A stretch of 64,000 nt of DNA, taken from contig NC_057745.1 of the NCBI RefSeq assembly GCF_004010195.1, positions 8,467,591-8,531,590 of the forward strand, given 5' to 3'. Position numbers and translations under genes: made by a program. The stretch comes from Chiloscyllium plagiosum. Its lineage: Eukaryota. How positions within the stretch are numbered: the first letter of the stretch is position 1; each line of letters starts with the position of its first letter. Below, in pieces: positions 52,310 to 64,000 of the stretch. The notes beneath the pieces are model-generated. The model made no database searches, had not been told where the DNA came from, and saw only the letters and a program-made list of their open reading frames with translations.

Positions 52310-52980
52310 CAGACCACCGATTCCTGCACAACAAACCTAAACAGGAAGACATAACAAGCCCAGAGACTCTAGTCACCCTGCCATACATCAAAGACACCTC
52401 GGAGATGACAACCGGACACTCCGGGCCCTAGGCATCACGGTAGCCTACAAACCTATCACCATACTGAAACAGCTCCTGATGAATTTAAAAGGACCCCATA
52501 CCAACAACCAGCAGAATGAAAGTCATAAACAAAATACCCTGCAAGGACTGCAACAACATTACATTGAACAGATGGGCAGGAAACTAGCAACAAGAGTACA
52601 TGAGCTCCAACTAGCCACCAAAAGACATGGGCAACTATCACTGGTATCCATACACACAGACGAAGATGGTCATCCGTTCGACTGGGACAATACATCCATC
52701 CTGGGACAGGCTAAACAAAGACACGCATGGGAAATCCTAGAGGTCTGGCATTCAAACCAGAACTCCATTAACAAACAGAGATTTTGACCCCATTTACCAA
52801 CCTCTCAGAAACACAACTGGAAATGGCATCACCCACCACGACAAACCCAGACAGATAACTAGCAAGCAGGAAGAACACCAGCGCTTCACCGGAGACTTGC
52901 TGATGATGTTACCTAGCATAGTGACGAAACGTCTGAGAGCAAATCTACCAGCTCAGTGAGCAAACTTACAACTTGATCCA
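52310..52980 (+). mobile_element. Penelope-like retroelement 3' remnant (thumb + GIY-YIG endonuclease + pLTR)
   Basis: VTLPYIK, KIPCKDC..YIEQMGRKLATRVHEL, H.FDWDNTSIL. Confidence 0.85.
52896..52937 (+). ncRNA. Minimal hammerhead ribozyme
   Basis: CTTG-CTGATGA-T-GTTAC ctagcata GTGAC-GAAAC-GTC-TGAG: core boxes, 5-bp stem II and wobble stem I. Confidence 0.7.
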
Positions 52981-53934
52981 CAAAATCACGTGGATATTAA
53001 AATCAGGTTGGGCGAGCTCAATTCTAAACTAACAGGGGTACAGGCAGGTTTGATCAATTTAGGCTGCATATATACTTCATGCTTCCCAACTGCCTGGAAC
53101 TTTTATATTTCAACAATGTAGAAAATCCTGCAGATTCCTGGATGTGCCATATGCTTAAATGTCTAACATTAATTAAAATGTAGATATTTGACAAAAGCAA
53201 AAAGATGTTCACTAAAGTTTAAGTTGAGACAAGGGGGTACTGGCAGGGCTTGGAGCCCTCAAAAAAGTTTCCAAGTAAAGTTTGACACACAGCAAAAAAA
53301 GTGCACTACCTTCTCCATTTGGTTCATATGGATTCCAATACAACACTAGTTCCAATGCAACAATGCAACTACATACTCGGTTACCACTGAGGATGAATTT
53401 GCACTATAAAATAACAGAAAAGGACTGAAACACCAAGCATTTGGGTACACATCTAGCATCTCAGACACAAAATAGTCTAACCTCCAAAATCCAAATGGAT
53501 TCTCAGTTTATAAGCAGCATAAGCAGATCAATCTGATTAATTCTGTCTAACTTACTTTGAACAATTACTGCATTAAGAAACAAAACAGCATGCAAAAGCA
53601 CATGTTAAATACATGCATTAAGCCACAAATAATACAGCCTTTGGGATAATGAAATTAAACATGAAGAACTGAAATCTTTCTGACAGACCTCAGGGGAAAT
53701 GCTGCCAGTCATAAAAAAAGGCAAGGTTCAAATAATATTTGCTTTCTTTACAATGTTGTTAAACCTTTAAATTGTGAAGCAAGTTTAGAACATTAAGCAC
53801 AGATATCAAAATTAAAGCTGTGCAGCTTGGCAAAAATACCCCGAGTTAGTAAATGAAGATACAACACTTATACTATCAGAAAGGGGGAGGGAGTAAAAAT
53901 AGTCAGTATGAATGCTTCATTGCAGAAGTCTTAC

Positions 53935-53990
53935 CTGAAGATTCTCTCCCTGCCTTGGCTGAGGGAAGTAAATTTCACAAAAGAATCCAT
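53935..53990 (-). CDS. PEX11A: PEX11A first coding exon (MDSFVKFTSLSQGRERIFR)
   Basis: Matches the PEX11A N-terminus MD.F..FT...QGR.R.FR; 56 nt, AG|gtaaga; spliced CDS 56+116+578=750 nt. Confidence 0.95.
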
Positions 53991-54199
53991 AGCAAGAAAG
54001 GGGTGGCAGCAAAGAGCTGAATTTCTTGGACCTGGGATTAATTGTGAAAGAGAACCTTTGAACCCAGAGGGAACGACTCAGAAAACTCAATAACTTGGCC
54101 ACAGGCTGACACTGCAAAAAGCAGGGAATGCAAAGAGAAGAGGAACACAATAAATAAAAAATTAAAAAAGACAAACACACAACAAATGGTGCAACTTTC

Positions 54200-54760
54200 A
54201 GATGTTACAAGTGTTGCTGCCTCGGGCTGAGGTCACGCAGGTTTAAGTTATTAAATAAAATTGGATTTGTTCCTTTATTTCGGCTGAGGCCTGAAGCTCA
54301 GCTCACTCCAGGAGCCTTGAAGTCTCCATAGCAACTGGGAAACATATCCCTTACAAATTTAACATTTTAACACATTAGACTGCTGCATTCGAGAATTTGC
54401 TTTAGCATTTTAAAAGATGACTTAGACTATATTCTCAATAGATTATAGTCACTCAAACAAAAAGTGATTGAAAAAGTTTTAAGGACATTCTCCTTCCCTT
54501 CCGCCCAGTTTAAACGAAGACCCCGGACACTTTCAAAGGACGGACCGCACTTCCGGTCCCGGTATCCTAGCAACCAGTGAGCAAGCAGCATCAAACACAA
54601 TTGCTTCATCCTTGAAGAGGTTTTAATCAGCTTGTCGAGGACGTTTTGCATTCACCACCCCGCCTTTTATTTTACTTTGGTGCAAGTTTCTTCCTGATCT
54701 TTTTCCTCAACTATTTTAACTTCTTTATTTTCCTCATCCATCCCATTGGCTGAGCTGGAA
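54200..54760. promoter_or_regulatory. Putative bidirectional PEX11A/WDR93 promoter with two RFX X-boxes (54322-54335, 54562-54574), ETS site (54548-54556) and CCAAT (54744-54748)
   Basis: GTCTCCATAGCAAC, GTATCCTAGCAAC, CACTTCCGG; local CpG enrichment between divergent genes. Confidence 0.65.
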
Positions 54761-54947
54761 GCAACAGTCAAAACTGCTCTGAACCTGTGGCTTTGAATTT
54801 TAGAAAGTTGTAAGTTTTTGTTTACAAAATAATATTCTTAAGAATGTTGGTTGATATGATGCTGATGTCACTCGAGTAAAGGAGACCATGGAATATATTG
54901 ACGTTTATATATAGAATAGTACAGCTCCTTTGGCCCTTGATGTTGTT

Positions 54948-55209
54948 TAGATTAGATTACTTCCAGTGTGGAAACAACAAATCTACACTGACCCGCAACG
55001 ACCCATTCCCCTAACACTATGGGCAAATTTAACATGGCCAATTCACCTAACCTGCACATTTTTGGATTGTGGGAAGAAACCGGAGCACCCGGAGGAAACC
55101 CACACAGACATGAGGAGAATGTGCAAACTCCACACAGAGAGTCACCTGAAGTGGGAATTGAACCAGGGTCTCTGGCACTGTGAGGCAGCAGCTAACCACT
55201 GTGCCACCC
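54948..55209 (-). mobile_element. HE1-like SINE
   Basis: Reverse-complement copy with internal deletions. Confidence 0.8.
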
Positions 55210-56276
55210 TTTTATCCTACTCCAAGATAAAACTAATCTACACATCCTTCATTTTACTATCATCCATTTACCTATCCAAGAGTTGCTTAAATGTCCCACT
55301 GATTATAGTATATCAGATTAGTTTAACCTCCAGGTCTATGCCTGTGTTTATGCTGCCATGGGCCTTCTTGCATCCAACTCTGTCTCACTGCATTAGAATA
55401 TTGTAGGATTTCAGAGTGAGGTCTCACCTTTTTGCATGCTTATCCAGTGCCTGTGAAGGTTGGGGCATTAGAAATGAGGGCACAAGACCAAGAATTGGGT
55501 CTTTCCTGCCACTTGTCATTGCTCTCAGTCCTTCTAGCACCATGTAAATTTGACCCACAGTGTCAGTATCATGGATTGTCATGTCAGGTACAACACAGTT
55601 AGGTGTAGAGTAAAGCCCCAATTAACATGGCTGAACAAAAGAGTCAATTCTCATTTCAGAATAACATTCTCAAGTTTGTTAGTGTGAAACATTTCTGTGT
55701 TAAGTACAAGCCATTTTGTGGTGATATGAGTGAGATTACTAATTTGAAATATATTATAAATTGCCAATAAGGACTGGATTTAGACTGTCCAAATTCATTT
55801 CAGCTAAGATTCATATGGTCGGTAGACAGAGGAAACTATCTATGCCAAATTGAATATAAATCCCAAAAAAGAAATCTCAATCCTTAAGTCTTTAACCCAA
55901 GAGTGCAAGAACATGAGATATAGAAGGATGAGTAGATCGTGTGGTTCATCAAACCTGACCTGCCTTTCAATATGATCATGGTTGATCTCCGCTTTCATTT
56001 CACTTCTCTGACTATTCCTCAAATTTCTTAATTTTGTGATAAGTTTACTGTAGAAGGGGAAATACTCCAAGAGTCAGGGAATTTTGAGACACTGGGAAGT
56101 ATAAATTAGTGCTTGAAGGAGTGGATATGAGGTCTGAATTAAATTGAGAATGTAGAAAAATGTAGAATTTGATTGCTGGATGGAACAAGAGAAGGAGAAC
56201 TGATAAATTCTCTGGGCTGACTAATAAATGGTTTTGTTCATGTTGAAGGACTGTGAGACTGTGAATATTAAAGAGA

Positions 56277-56537
56277 ATGCTAAGCTACAATCAAAAACAT
56301 CTACAGATTCCAACTCCTTCTGAACATAATTGGATTGAAGATCACAGAGATGACTATTACCTGAAGGATCCGGATCAGTGGCTCGATGAATTGCCTCAAC
56401 CATTCAGAATGATTGATAAATTAATTGGACACATCATCGACAATGCTTGGGAAAACATTGAGAAAAGAGAAGCAGAAAGAGAAGCTGAAAACTTAAAGAT
56501 AAAACCTCCGACTCGTGAAGCAATAGAGGAAGTTCAG
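56277..56537 (+). CDS. WDR93: WD repeat-containing protein 93, first coding exon
   Basis: DPDQWLDELPQPFRMIDKL...AWE.IE.R resembles WDR93 DPD...D.LPQPYRMINKL; CAG|gtcag donor, phase 0; head-to-head with PEX11A. Confidence 0.9.
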
Positions 56538-56819
56538 GTCAGCAAATGTGCTGTAATCCAACAAATACCACAATTCAATTCAATTTTCTGTACTCATTAG
56601 CAAGGTATTGTTTGTGATTGCATCATATAACTCTTCAATGCCAGAAATACAAAGATCATAAATTCTGTACTTGATTGACGTTACAACACAAAATTAAGCC
56701 AATAGTTTATCAAGTCTACTTTATTTTTTTCTTCCCATGGGCCATCTATCCCACTTTCTTTCTTCTCTCCTTTTTATCTTTAATATTTGTTTACTTTTTG
56801 TTTCTTTTGCATATTGTAG

Positions 56820-57375
56820 CCGTTCAGAACATTGGTTAGGCCACTTTTGGAATACGTGTGCAACTCTGGTCTCCCTGCTATAGGAAGGATGTTGTGAAAT
56901 TTGAAAGGGTTCAGAAATGGTTTACAAGGATGTTGCCAGGGTTGCAGGGTTTGAGCTATGGCGAGACACAGTTTAGGCTGGGTTATTTTTCTTGGGGTGC
57001 CCTTATAAAGGTTTATAAAATCATGAGGGGCATGGATAGGGTAAATAACCAAGGTTTTTTTCCTGGGGTGGGGAAGTCCAGAACTAGAGGGCATAGGTTT
57101 GGGGTGAGAGGGGAAAGATTTAAAAGGGACCTAAAGGGCATCATTTTCATGCAGAAAGTGTGTGTGTATTGAATGAGCTGCCAGAGGAAGTGATGGAGGC
57201 TGGTCCAATTACAACATTTAAAAGGCATCTGGATGGTTATAGGAATAGGAAGGGATTTTGAGGGATGTGGGCAAAATGCTGGCAAATGGGTCTAGATTTA
57301 TTTAGGATGCCTGGTCAGCATGGACGAGTTGGATCAAAGTGTCTGTTTCTGTGCTGTATGTCTCTATGACTCTAT
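56820..57375 (+). mobile_element. CR1 LINE 3' fragment
   Basis: WSPCYRKDVVKFERVQK, ctctatgactct tail. Confidence 0.9.
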
Positions 57376-57732
57376 TTGCTAAAAGATACTGGTTGTTAAT
57401 GGAGTATAGTGCAATGGGCACACTCAGTCTTGCGGTATCTCACCAATGTGTCTGTCATGTGTGAGATAGATAAGAGATAGCTGTAATTATTGTTATGACT
57501 TGTTATATACTGGAGATATTACTGGAATATTTTTTTGAAGTGGATTATATTTTGATTCATCAATGTGGGGAGAGGCATTGCTGGAGACAATGGCAGGCAG
57601 TAGTTGACTTAGTAACTTTGAATCCTGCTTCTGATTTCTGTGCAGTAAACTTTAGAGCAACAAAAATATCTTTGGGCAGAAAAATATTCAATGATAACTT
57701 AGTTTCTGTTATTTCTCTCTCTTCTTCAACAG

Positions 57733-57934
57733 TTTCCTGGCAATTTAAATTGTTTTGCAAATATTGTGGATGGAAAAAATATTTTTGCTGGCATGTCTGA
57801 AGGTGTGGCCATTCTGAACCAGGAGGATCATACTATAAAATCTCTTTGGAGGATGGAAAGTGTGGAGATTATTGCCCTTCAAGTAAGGCATGTTGGAGGT
57901 CAACTGTACCTGCTTGCTGCTCTAGATGACATGG
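57733..57934 (+). CDS. WDR93: WDR93 coding exon 2 (FPGNLNCFANIVDGKNIFAGMSEG...LLAALDDMG)
   Basis: Pyrimidine tract + cag, G|gtatt donor; 202 nt, phase 0 to 1. Confidence 0.85.
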
Positions 57935-59644
57935 GTATTTACCTGAAAATATTTATCATTTATAAGTTTATTTGCTTGAATTTCTCCTGTTCTCTTTGCA
58001 AGGTCTTTTTTTTTTAAATAAGAGTTGGGGTCTGTTCTGTTCCCCTTGTTATTTTTAATATATCTTTATTCCCTGAATATCTGAAGGCTGTTTACTTGTG
58101 GGTTATTTTTCGTAGCTCCACTAAGGTTGTTCATAAACTGAGGGTCCAGCACAGTTTGAAGTAAAAGAATATCTAATTTCTAACCCTGAGTCTTGTTAAA
58201 TCCTATCAGATAAGGTAAAGGATGTGCTCATCTCTGGAATAGAGCACCAATCCTGCAGTCTTGCAAAGGAAAATTATGATGCTATTAATACCTGATTGCA
58301 CCCCTTAAGTTATTCTTTCACTCGTTGAACATATGCTACAACTGATCACAGTTATGCATTGTACAGTAATTCTATATGCATTCCAAACTTGTAACAAAGC
58401 TGACAGAGGCACCACCAGATGTGTACTTTTCTCCAAGCTGTTTTCCACACCTCCCATCATACAAGTGACTGAGTACAATTTATTTTCATTATTCTTTCAT
58501 GGGTGTCACTGTGTTATGAGCCAAGTTGATGGTAACACTGGAAAGACAAATCCCAAAGTGCAACCTGGCTGCACAGACTATAAATTTCATTTTTCCTATT
58601 TGTTTATTGTGACTTCATATACTCACAAGATGGTGCCAGTGTACTTTTAACAAAGAACATCAAAGTTTATTACCCACAAGGGAAAAAAGTCTGGTTTACA
58701 TTATTGAAGAACTACTTGAAATGATCTAATTATGAATATCAGAATTAGAGATGAAAACTTTTAGCCTCAACAACAACCAACAGATACTCAGAGTACCAGT
58801 GAAAGGTTTCCCTATCTTCATTTTAATGTTCCTTGTTCTAATGACTTGGCTGTATTTGATTTCTGCAGCTTTCTTCTTGCTGACATTCAAACATTTTCAG
58901 AGAAAACACAGGGGTTTCCATACCTTGAGCTTCTTGCAATCTTCTACTTCTGGAGTTTCCTTTTAAGCTACATTATTTTCCCAGCCTGCTCTTTTGTAGA
59001 CCACTAAACTAATAACACACTTTGTTCTCACTTACCCGACACACACCCTGAAAGAAACCAGCACTTTGCCTTTCTAAATGAACATGTATCATTGCATACT
59101 TTCTTGCTAGACAGCAATCCAATATTTTTCCCTCATTTACCCTTGTTTCTACGTTTTCACCTCAATGGTTTTAAAAGGCTCATTTAAATGCATGTAAAAC
59201 TCCTGATAACCTATTCACAGAAGTCAAAATGAAACTTAAAAGGAATGTCCTTCAATGTTTAACTCATACAATATAGAAATATAAATCAAACTTGATTTCT
59301 TCACTTTAAAATTTAAGTTCTTAAACAATCATCATGTATTATGAACCTACATCACAGCTGGAAAGATCAAAATTGGTTACTCATCCATGATCACTCATCA
59401 GTTATGTGGTTACTGGACCATTTGGAAGGCAGTTAAAAGTTAACCACAGTGCTCTTGGTCTGAAGATGTATGTGCGACCAGACCAAGTAAGGATGGTAGA
59501 TTTCCTTCCCGAAAGAAAAGGCAGTAGTGAACCACATAGGATTTTACAACAGTCAGTGATGTTTTTGTTGTCACTGTTTGGCTTTTAATTCCAGATGTTT
59601 TATTCATTGAATTGAAATTCTACCAGCTGCTGTAATAGGATTTG

Positions 59645-60000
59645 AACATAGTACATAAGAAATAGAAGCAGGAGTAAGCCATTTGGGCTGTCAAGTCTGC
59701 TCCACCATTCAATAAGATCATAGCTGATCTTTTTCATAGACTCAGCTCCACTTACCCGCCCACTCACCATAATCCTTAATTCCTTTCCTGTTCAAAAATC
59801 TACGTACCTATACCTTAAAAACATTCAACGAGGTGGCTTCACGGAGCAGGGAATTCCACAGATTCACAACCCTTTGGGAGAGCGTTGTGCTCAGTCCTAA
59901 ATCTGCTCCCCCTTATTTTGAGGCTATGCTCCCCAGTTCTAGTTTCACCAGCCGGTGAAATCAACCTCCTTACTTCTTTCTTATCTATTCCCTTCATTAT
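59645..60000 (-). mobile_element. CR1 LINE 3' end
   Basis: Similar to 6120-6480. Confidence 0.7.
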
Positions 60001-60614
60001 TTTTCCCAAAGCATTAGTCTGGCATCTGGATTACTGGTCCTGTGATGTTATCACTACACCATCTCCAACATGGGGTGAGTTCTCTCAAAGGCCCGCCGTT
60101 TGCTATTAACATCAAAGCTGAGAAAAGGAAATATGCAGTAAGAATATAATTATTGTATTTGTTCATGAAAACTGCCAAACTTAGCATTTGTTCCCCAGTT
60201 ATCATTGCTCTTAAGAAAGTGATGGTGAGCTGCCTTCATATTTCGCTGCAGCCCATGTGGTTTATGTACACCTGCAGTGCTACAGTATGGAGGGAGCTCC
60301 AAGGTTTTGATGAAGGAGCTGTGATAAAGGCAGAATATTTTGAAAGAAAATATGTTTTCTTACAATATACATTTTTCTCTGTCTGATGTGGCTGACCTGC
60401 TGCAAACTACCAACATTCATGTTTTCGTTGTTGATTTACTGTGTTTGCAGGTTTTCTCGACATGCATGCATTTATAATACATTACTAATATTGTATTATT
60501 CTAATATTATTAATTATAATACATTATTAGTGCATCACATCCACCACACATTCTCTTCAAGAATAGGTTCATATGTCACTGATAACCCTATTTACTTTTC
60601 CTTTTGTGTTTCAG

Positions 60615-60679
60615 GTGTTGCACGTCTTCTTTTTTCTTATGGGGATCTCACTTCCCTGATAAAAGTTTTCAATGCATTC
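60615..60679 (+). CDS. WDR93: WDR93 coding exon 3 (GVARLLFSYGDLTSLIKVFNAF)
   Basis: tttcag/gtaagt; 65 nt, phase 1 to 0. Confidence 0.85.
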
Positions 60680-61617
60680 GTAAGTCATCTTCCAAGATTC
60701 CAGTTATGGACTTAGAGTGTTCATAGCGATCAGGAAAATATCAGGTTTGCTACTGATATGTGTCGAGTCATCTGAATCCATTTTGAGGCATTACAAGTTT
60801 GGTTTCAACACACCCACTTTAGGAGGTGTTGTCTCATGGGCTTGTATATGTTAATATTTCCTGAATGAAGTCCTTCCATCAGACATTAGAACTACACTAC
60901 CATCTTTCCGTATTGCTTATTGTGAGATTAATTAAATATTAGTCAAGACTAATTAAAATTAATTAATAGATAATTAATTTGGGTGACCCAGTAGAAAAGT
61001 TTTAGAGCAGTTTTCATCTGTTTTAGTTGAACTGCCAACTAGCATCAAGGTTTCATATGCCAATGATGCAATCTGCGCTTTGTACCTGGGTCCTCTAATC
61101 AGTAAGACCATGGATTGCAAACAATTGTTAATATCACAGTCACCTTTATCAACATGAACCATTGGTAGGACTGTGTGTCAGGGTACTCGGCTTGAAAGTA
61201 GGAGTGCATGTAATGAAAGTTCGCAGAATATCGTCTTCCAAGAGTTGGCAACCTCTACCTCCATTATAATTCTAAAGCTTGTGATACTTGTCCCCTGCAA
61301 AGAAATAATATACTTCCTCAGCTCTGTTCTAAATAAAAACCTCTTATTCCATAATATTAAATTTCATCACCTTAAATTTTTTAAAACATTCAGGAAAAGC
61401 ATTGGATGTAATATGTGCATTGGATCAACTGTCTGAGGATAACAGTCTAGTTAAATGGCCTGAGATTTAACTTTGATAGTGAACTTTCCTTCCTATGTTT
61501 CCTTGTTGCTTGTTGTTACTTGACTCTTTTAATGCAGTGAAATCGAAAATAAATAAACATGAATAAGGTATGTCTTCTGTTTTCATGAAACAAAATAGAT
61601 TTTTTTCTTTTCTTTAG

Positions 61618-61696
61618 GACAACGTAAGTGAAAAAGTCATTTGTAGTAAATTTGAGATATCAGAAGGTGGAGATTATGCTGGTTTAACTCTTGAAG
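61618..61696 (+). CDS. WDR93: WDR93 coding exon 4 (DNVSEKVICSKFEISEGGDYAGLTLE); gene continues beyond the right edge
   Basis: ctttag/gtaaag; 79 nt; C.K.EIS.GGD.A motif. Confidence 0.88.
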
Positions 61697-61774
61697 GTAA
61701 AGGTTTCTCTAAATTCTTGAATGTTCCTAAATGTTTACATTTGTTTATATTAGCTGATTATTCAACAGATTGTT

Positions 61775-62193
61775 TAGATTAGATTAGATTTAGATTACAT
61801 TACAGTGTGGAAACAGGCCCTTCGGCCCAACAAGTCCACACCGAACCGCCGAAGCGCAACCCACCCATACCCCTACATTTACCCCTTACCTAACACTACG
61901 GGCAATTTAGCATGGCCAATTCACCAGACCTGCACATCTTTGGACTGTAGGAGGAAACCGGAGCACCCGGAGGAAACCCACGCAGACACGGGGAGAACGT
62001 GCAAACTCCACACAGTCAGTCTCCTGAGGCGGAAAATGAACCCGGGTCTCTGGCGCTGTGAGGCAGCAGTGCTAACCACTATGCCACCATGCCGGCCACA
62101 AACTCCACACAGTCCACTGCAAACTCCACACAGTCAATTCCCGTCTCAGGCGACTGACTGTATGGAGTTTGCACGTTCTCCCTGTGTCTGCGT

Positions 62194-62224
<31 letters not shown>

Positions 62225-62389
62225 ACAGTCCAAAAGATGTGCAGGTCAGGTGAATTGGCCAAGCTAAATTGCCCGTAGTGTTAGGTAAGGGGTAAATGTA
62301 GGGGTATAGATGGGTTACGCTTCGGCGGGTCGGTGTGGACTTGTTGGGCCAAAGGGCCTGTTTCCACACTGTAATGTAATCTAATCTAA
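61775..62389. mobile_element. Head-to-head pair of young HE1-like SINEs (61775-62095 minus; 62136-62389 plus, 5'-truncated)
   Basis: Near-identical inverted copies with tails pointing outward. Confidence 0.88.
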
Positions 62390-62536
62390 TTGTTCTTTGT
62401 GACCGGTTACTTAAGCATGTTGACAATACTTCAAAATAATTCATTAATTTATTTTAGGAGCAGAAAAATCATCATGTATGTTTCGTCTAATATTGTAAGA
62501 GATGCATCAGCAAGATCTTTAGCTTTGGAAGTAATA

Positions 62537-62697
62537 CAGAGGAAGCTCGATTATCCGAATATCAGATTATCCAGCAAGATTGCAAGGTCCTGATGCTTGG
62601 CTAAACAATGTTATCCGGCATTCGATCATCCAGAATTTGATTAACCGAACAAAATACTTCCCTCGCCCATGTCCTTCGGTTAATCGATGTTCCTCTG
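62537..62697. mobile_element. 161-bp MITE (Tigger/pogo-like)
   Basis: TA|CAGAGGAAGCTCGATTATCCGAA ... TTCGGTTAATCGATGTTCCTCTG|TA; internal ttatcc repeats. Confidence 0.8.
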
Positions 62698-64000
62698 TAT
62701 TCATGTCTTGAGCAGACTTGGGCTTCATAGAGTTAAAAAGCCCAAGTCTTCTGGGGCATGTCAAATTCAAATGCAATGGTGGAAGTAGCAGACTGATTTT
62801 TGTTTTATTGACTTTAATAGCAAGGAATCTCAAGCAGTGTGTATATATTAGGTTGATCCAATACTGCTTGTTTTGTAACCCCACTGATGGGGTCAGATTG
62901 CTTCTACATCTTTTGTACCCACTCTCTATATTAAGCACTCCCAGTTCAAGTACTGCACAGGCCAGATGCATCAATGTAAGAAAACTGTCATGGGAAGGAG
63001 AAAGGACAAACAGTCATTTGTATTGTCAATTTGACATAAAATGCAACTTTTATAACTCACCAAATTAATAGGTGGGTGGAAATTGCACTGTACGTTAAAT
63101 GTAACTTTGCAAAGCAATGCTTGAGTTAAAGGTATTTCAATGATGTCTTTCTTATTTATACTTCTCACTCATGGGCCAGGATGTTTTTTCAATTCCAGAG
63201 ATTTTTCTCCATTGTTACCAAAAATTAAAGAGAAGCCTGACAGCTATGAGTATCACCCCAACCGATTTTGCAGGTGTGGGGAAGGGTCGCATTTCACATC
63301 TGCATGTTTCATGGATGCAGGTCCTCATATAAATTTGCAGTCACCTCCAATCAGGTCTAATTTTGGTGACCTAGGCGTATGAAATATAACAGATTAGGAG
63401 CTGGTCTACATTTTGTGCAGTACTTTAGTGAGGTGGGGGTACTCTTTTGGAGAGGTAGAGTATGCCTTTGGATATGGTTCTGGAATACCTTTGGGAGATG
63501 TAAGCTTCACTTTGGGTAGTTGCCTTTTGAAATGTTAAACAGAGATATGAATATGCATAAAAAATTAGTACATATAGTGAATATGCATAAAAAAATCTTT
63601 AACTGTCAAGTTAATTGGAACAGTCAACAAATTGTTAGAAGCAATTGTTAATACTAATTGTCAAGTTGTCCAGACATTTAAAATGTTTGAAAAAAACTGG
63701 ATTTCTTGAAAAGATTATTTCTTGCTATTTTCAGTACTGGATAAATGCTAGATGACTGTTTTCATAAATCTCCATTATCACAGTGAGGTTTCATCCAGTA
63801 CATAGTTTGATCAAATCTCCTTGATTTATAGATCCTTTGAAATGGCACAATAAGTTCCCATGTTTGTTATACAAGAGATTAAGAGATTTGAAATATAACT
63901 TGTTTTTTTAAATCAGGGCTTATTTGGTTGAATTAATGTAAATGTATTGAGCTTTTTTCTATGTTTTTTTTAGATTAAGTCTTCAATAGACATTTTGAAA

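Noticed and set aside
55390-55620. Possible LF-SINE-related relic (also about 27170-27300)
   Set aside because: Resemblance too faint to support without an HMM search
62450-64000. Next WDR93 exon at AG sites near 62458, 63734 and 63916
   Set aside because: Early stops in the required phase and no recognisable WDR93 similarity

Overview
Eukaryotic, repeat-rich vertebrate DNA. The repeat complement (tRNA-headed HE1/V-SINE-like SINEs with CR1 tails, CR1 LINEs, Penelope-like elements) points to a cartilaginous fish (shark); this is an inference. Three intron-containing genes lie in the same order as in human: PLIN1 (perilipin, minus strand, five coding exons visible, 3' part runs off the left edge, putative non-coding exon 1 and CCAAT/GC/TATA promoter at about 18.9 kb), PEX11A (minus strand, complete 3-exon CDS, 249 aa) and WDR93 (plus strand, head-to-head with PEX11A, first four coding exons). 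All exon phases join correctly by manual reading. The most striking non-genic signal is a family of 130-520 bp fold-back (palindromic) insertions with target-site duplications. They carry minimal hammerhead-ribozyme cores in inverted arms and look like Penelope-type 3' ends. Other signals: a separate hammerhead after a GIY-YIG remnant, a head-to-head SINE dimer with a shared TSD, a 5S rRNA+tRNA chimeric SINE-like relic, TA-flanked MITEs and RFX boxes in the bidirectional promoter. All calls are by eye, with no database search.
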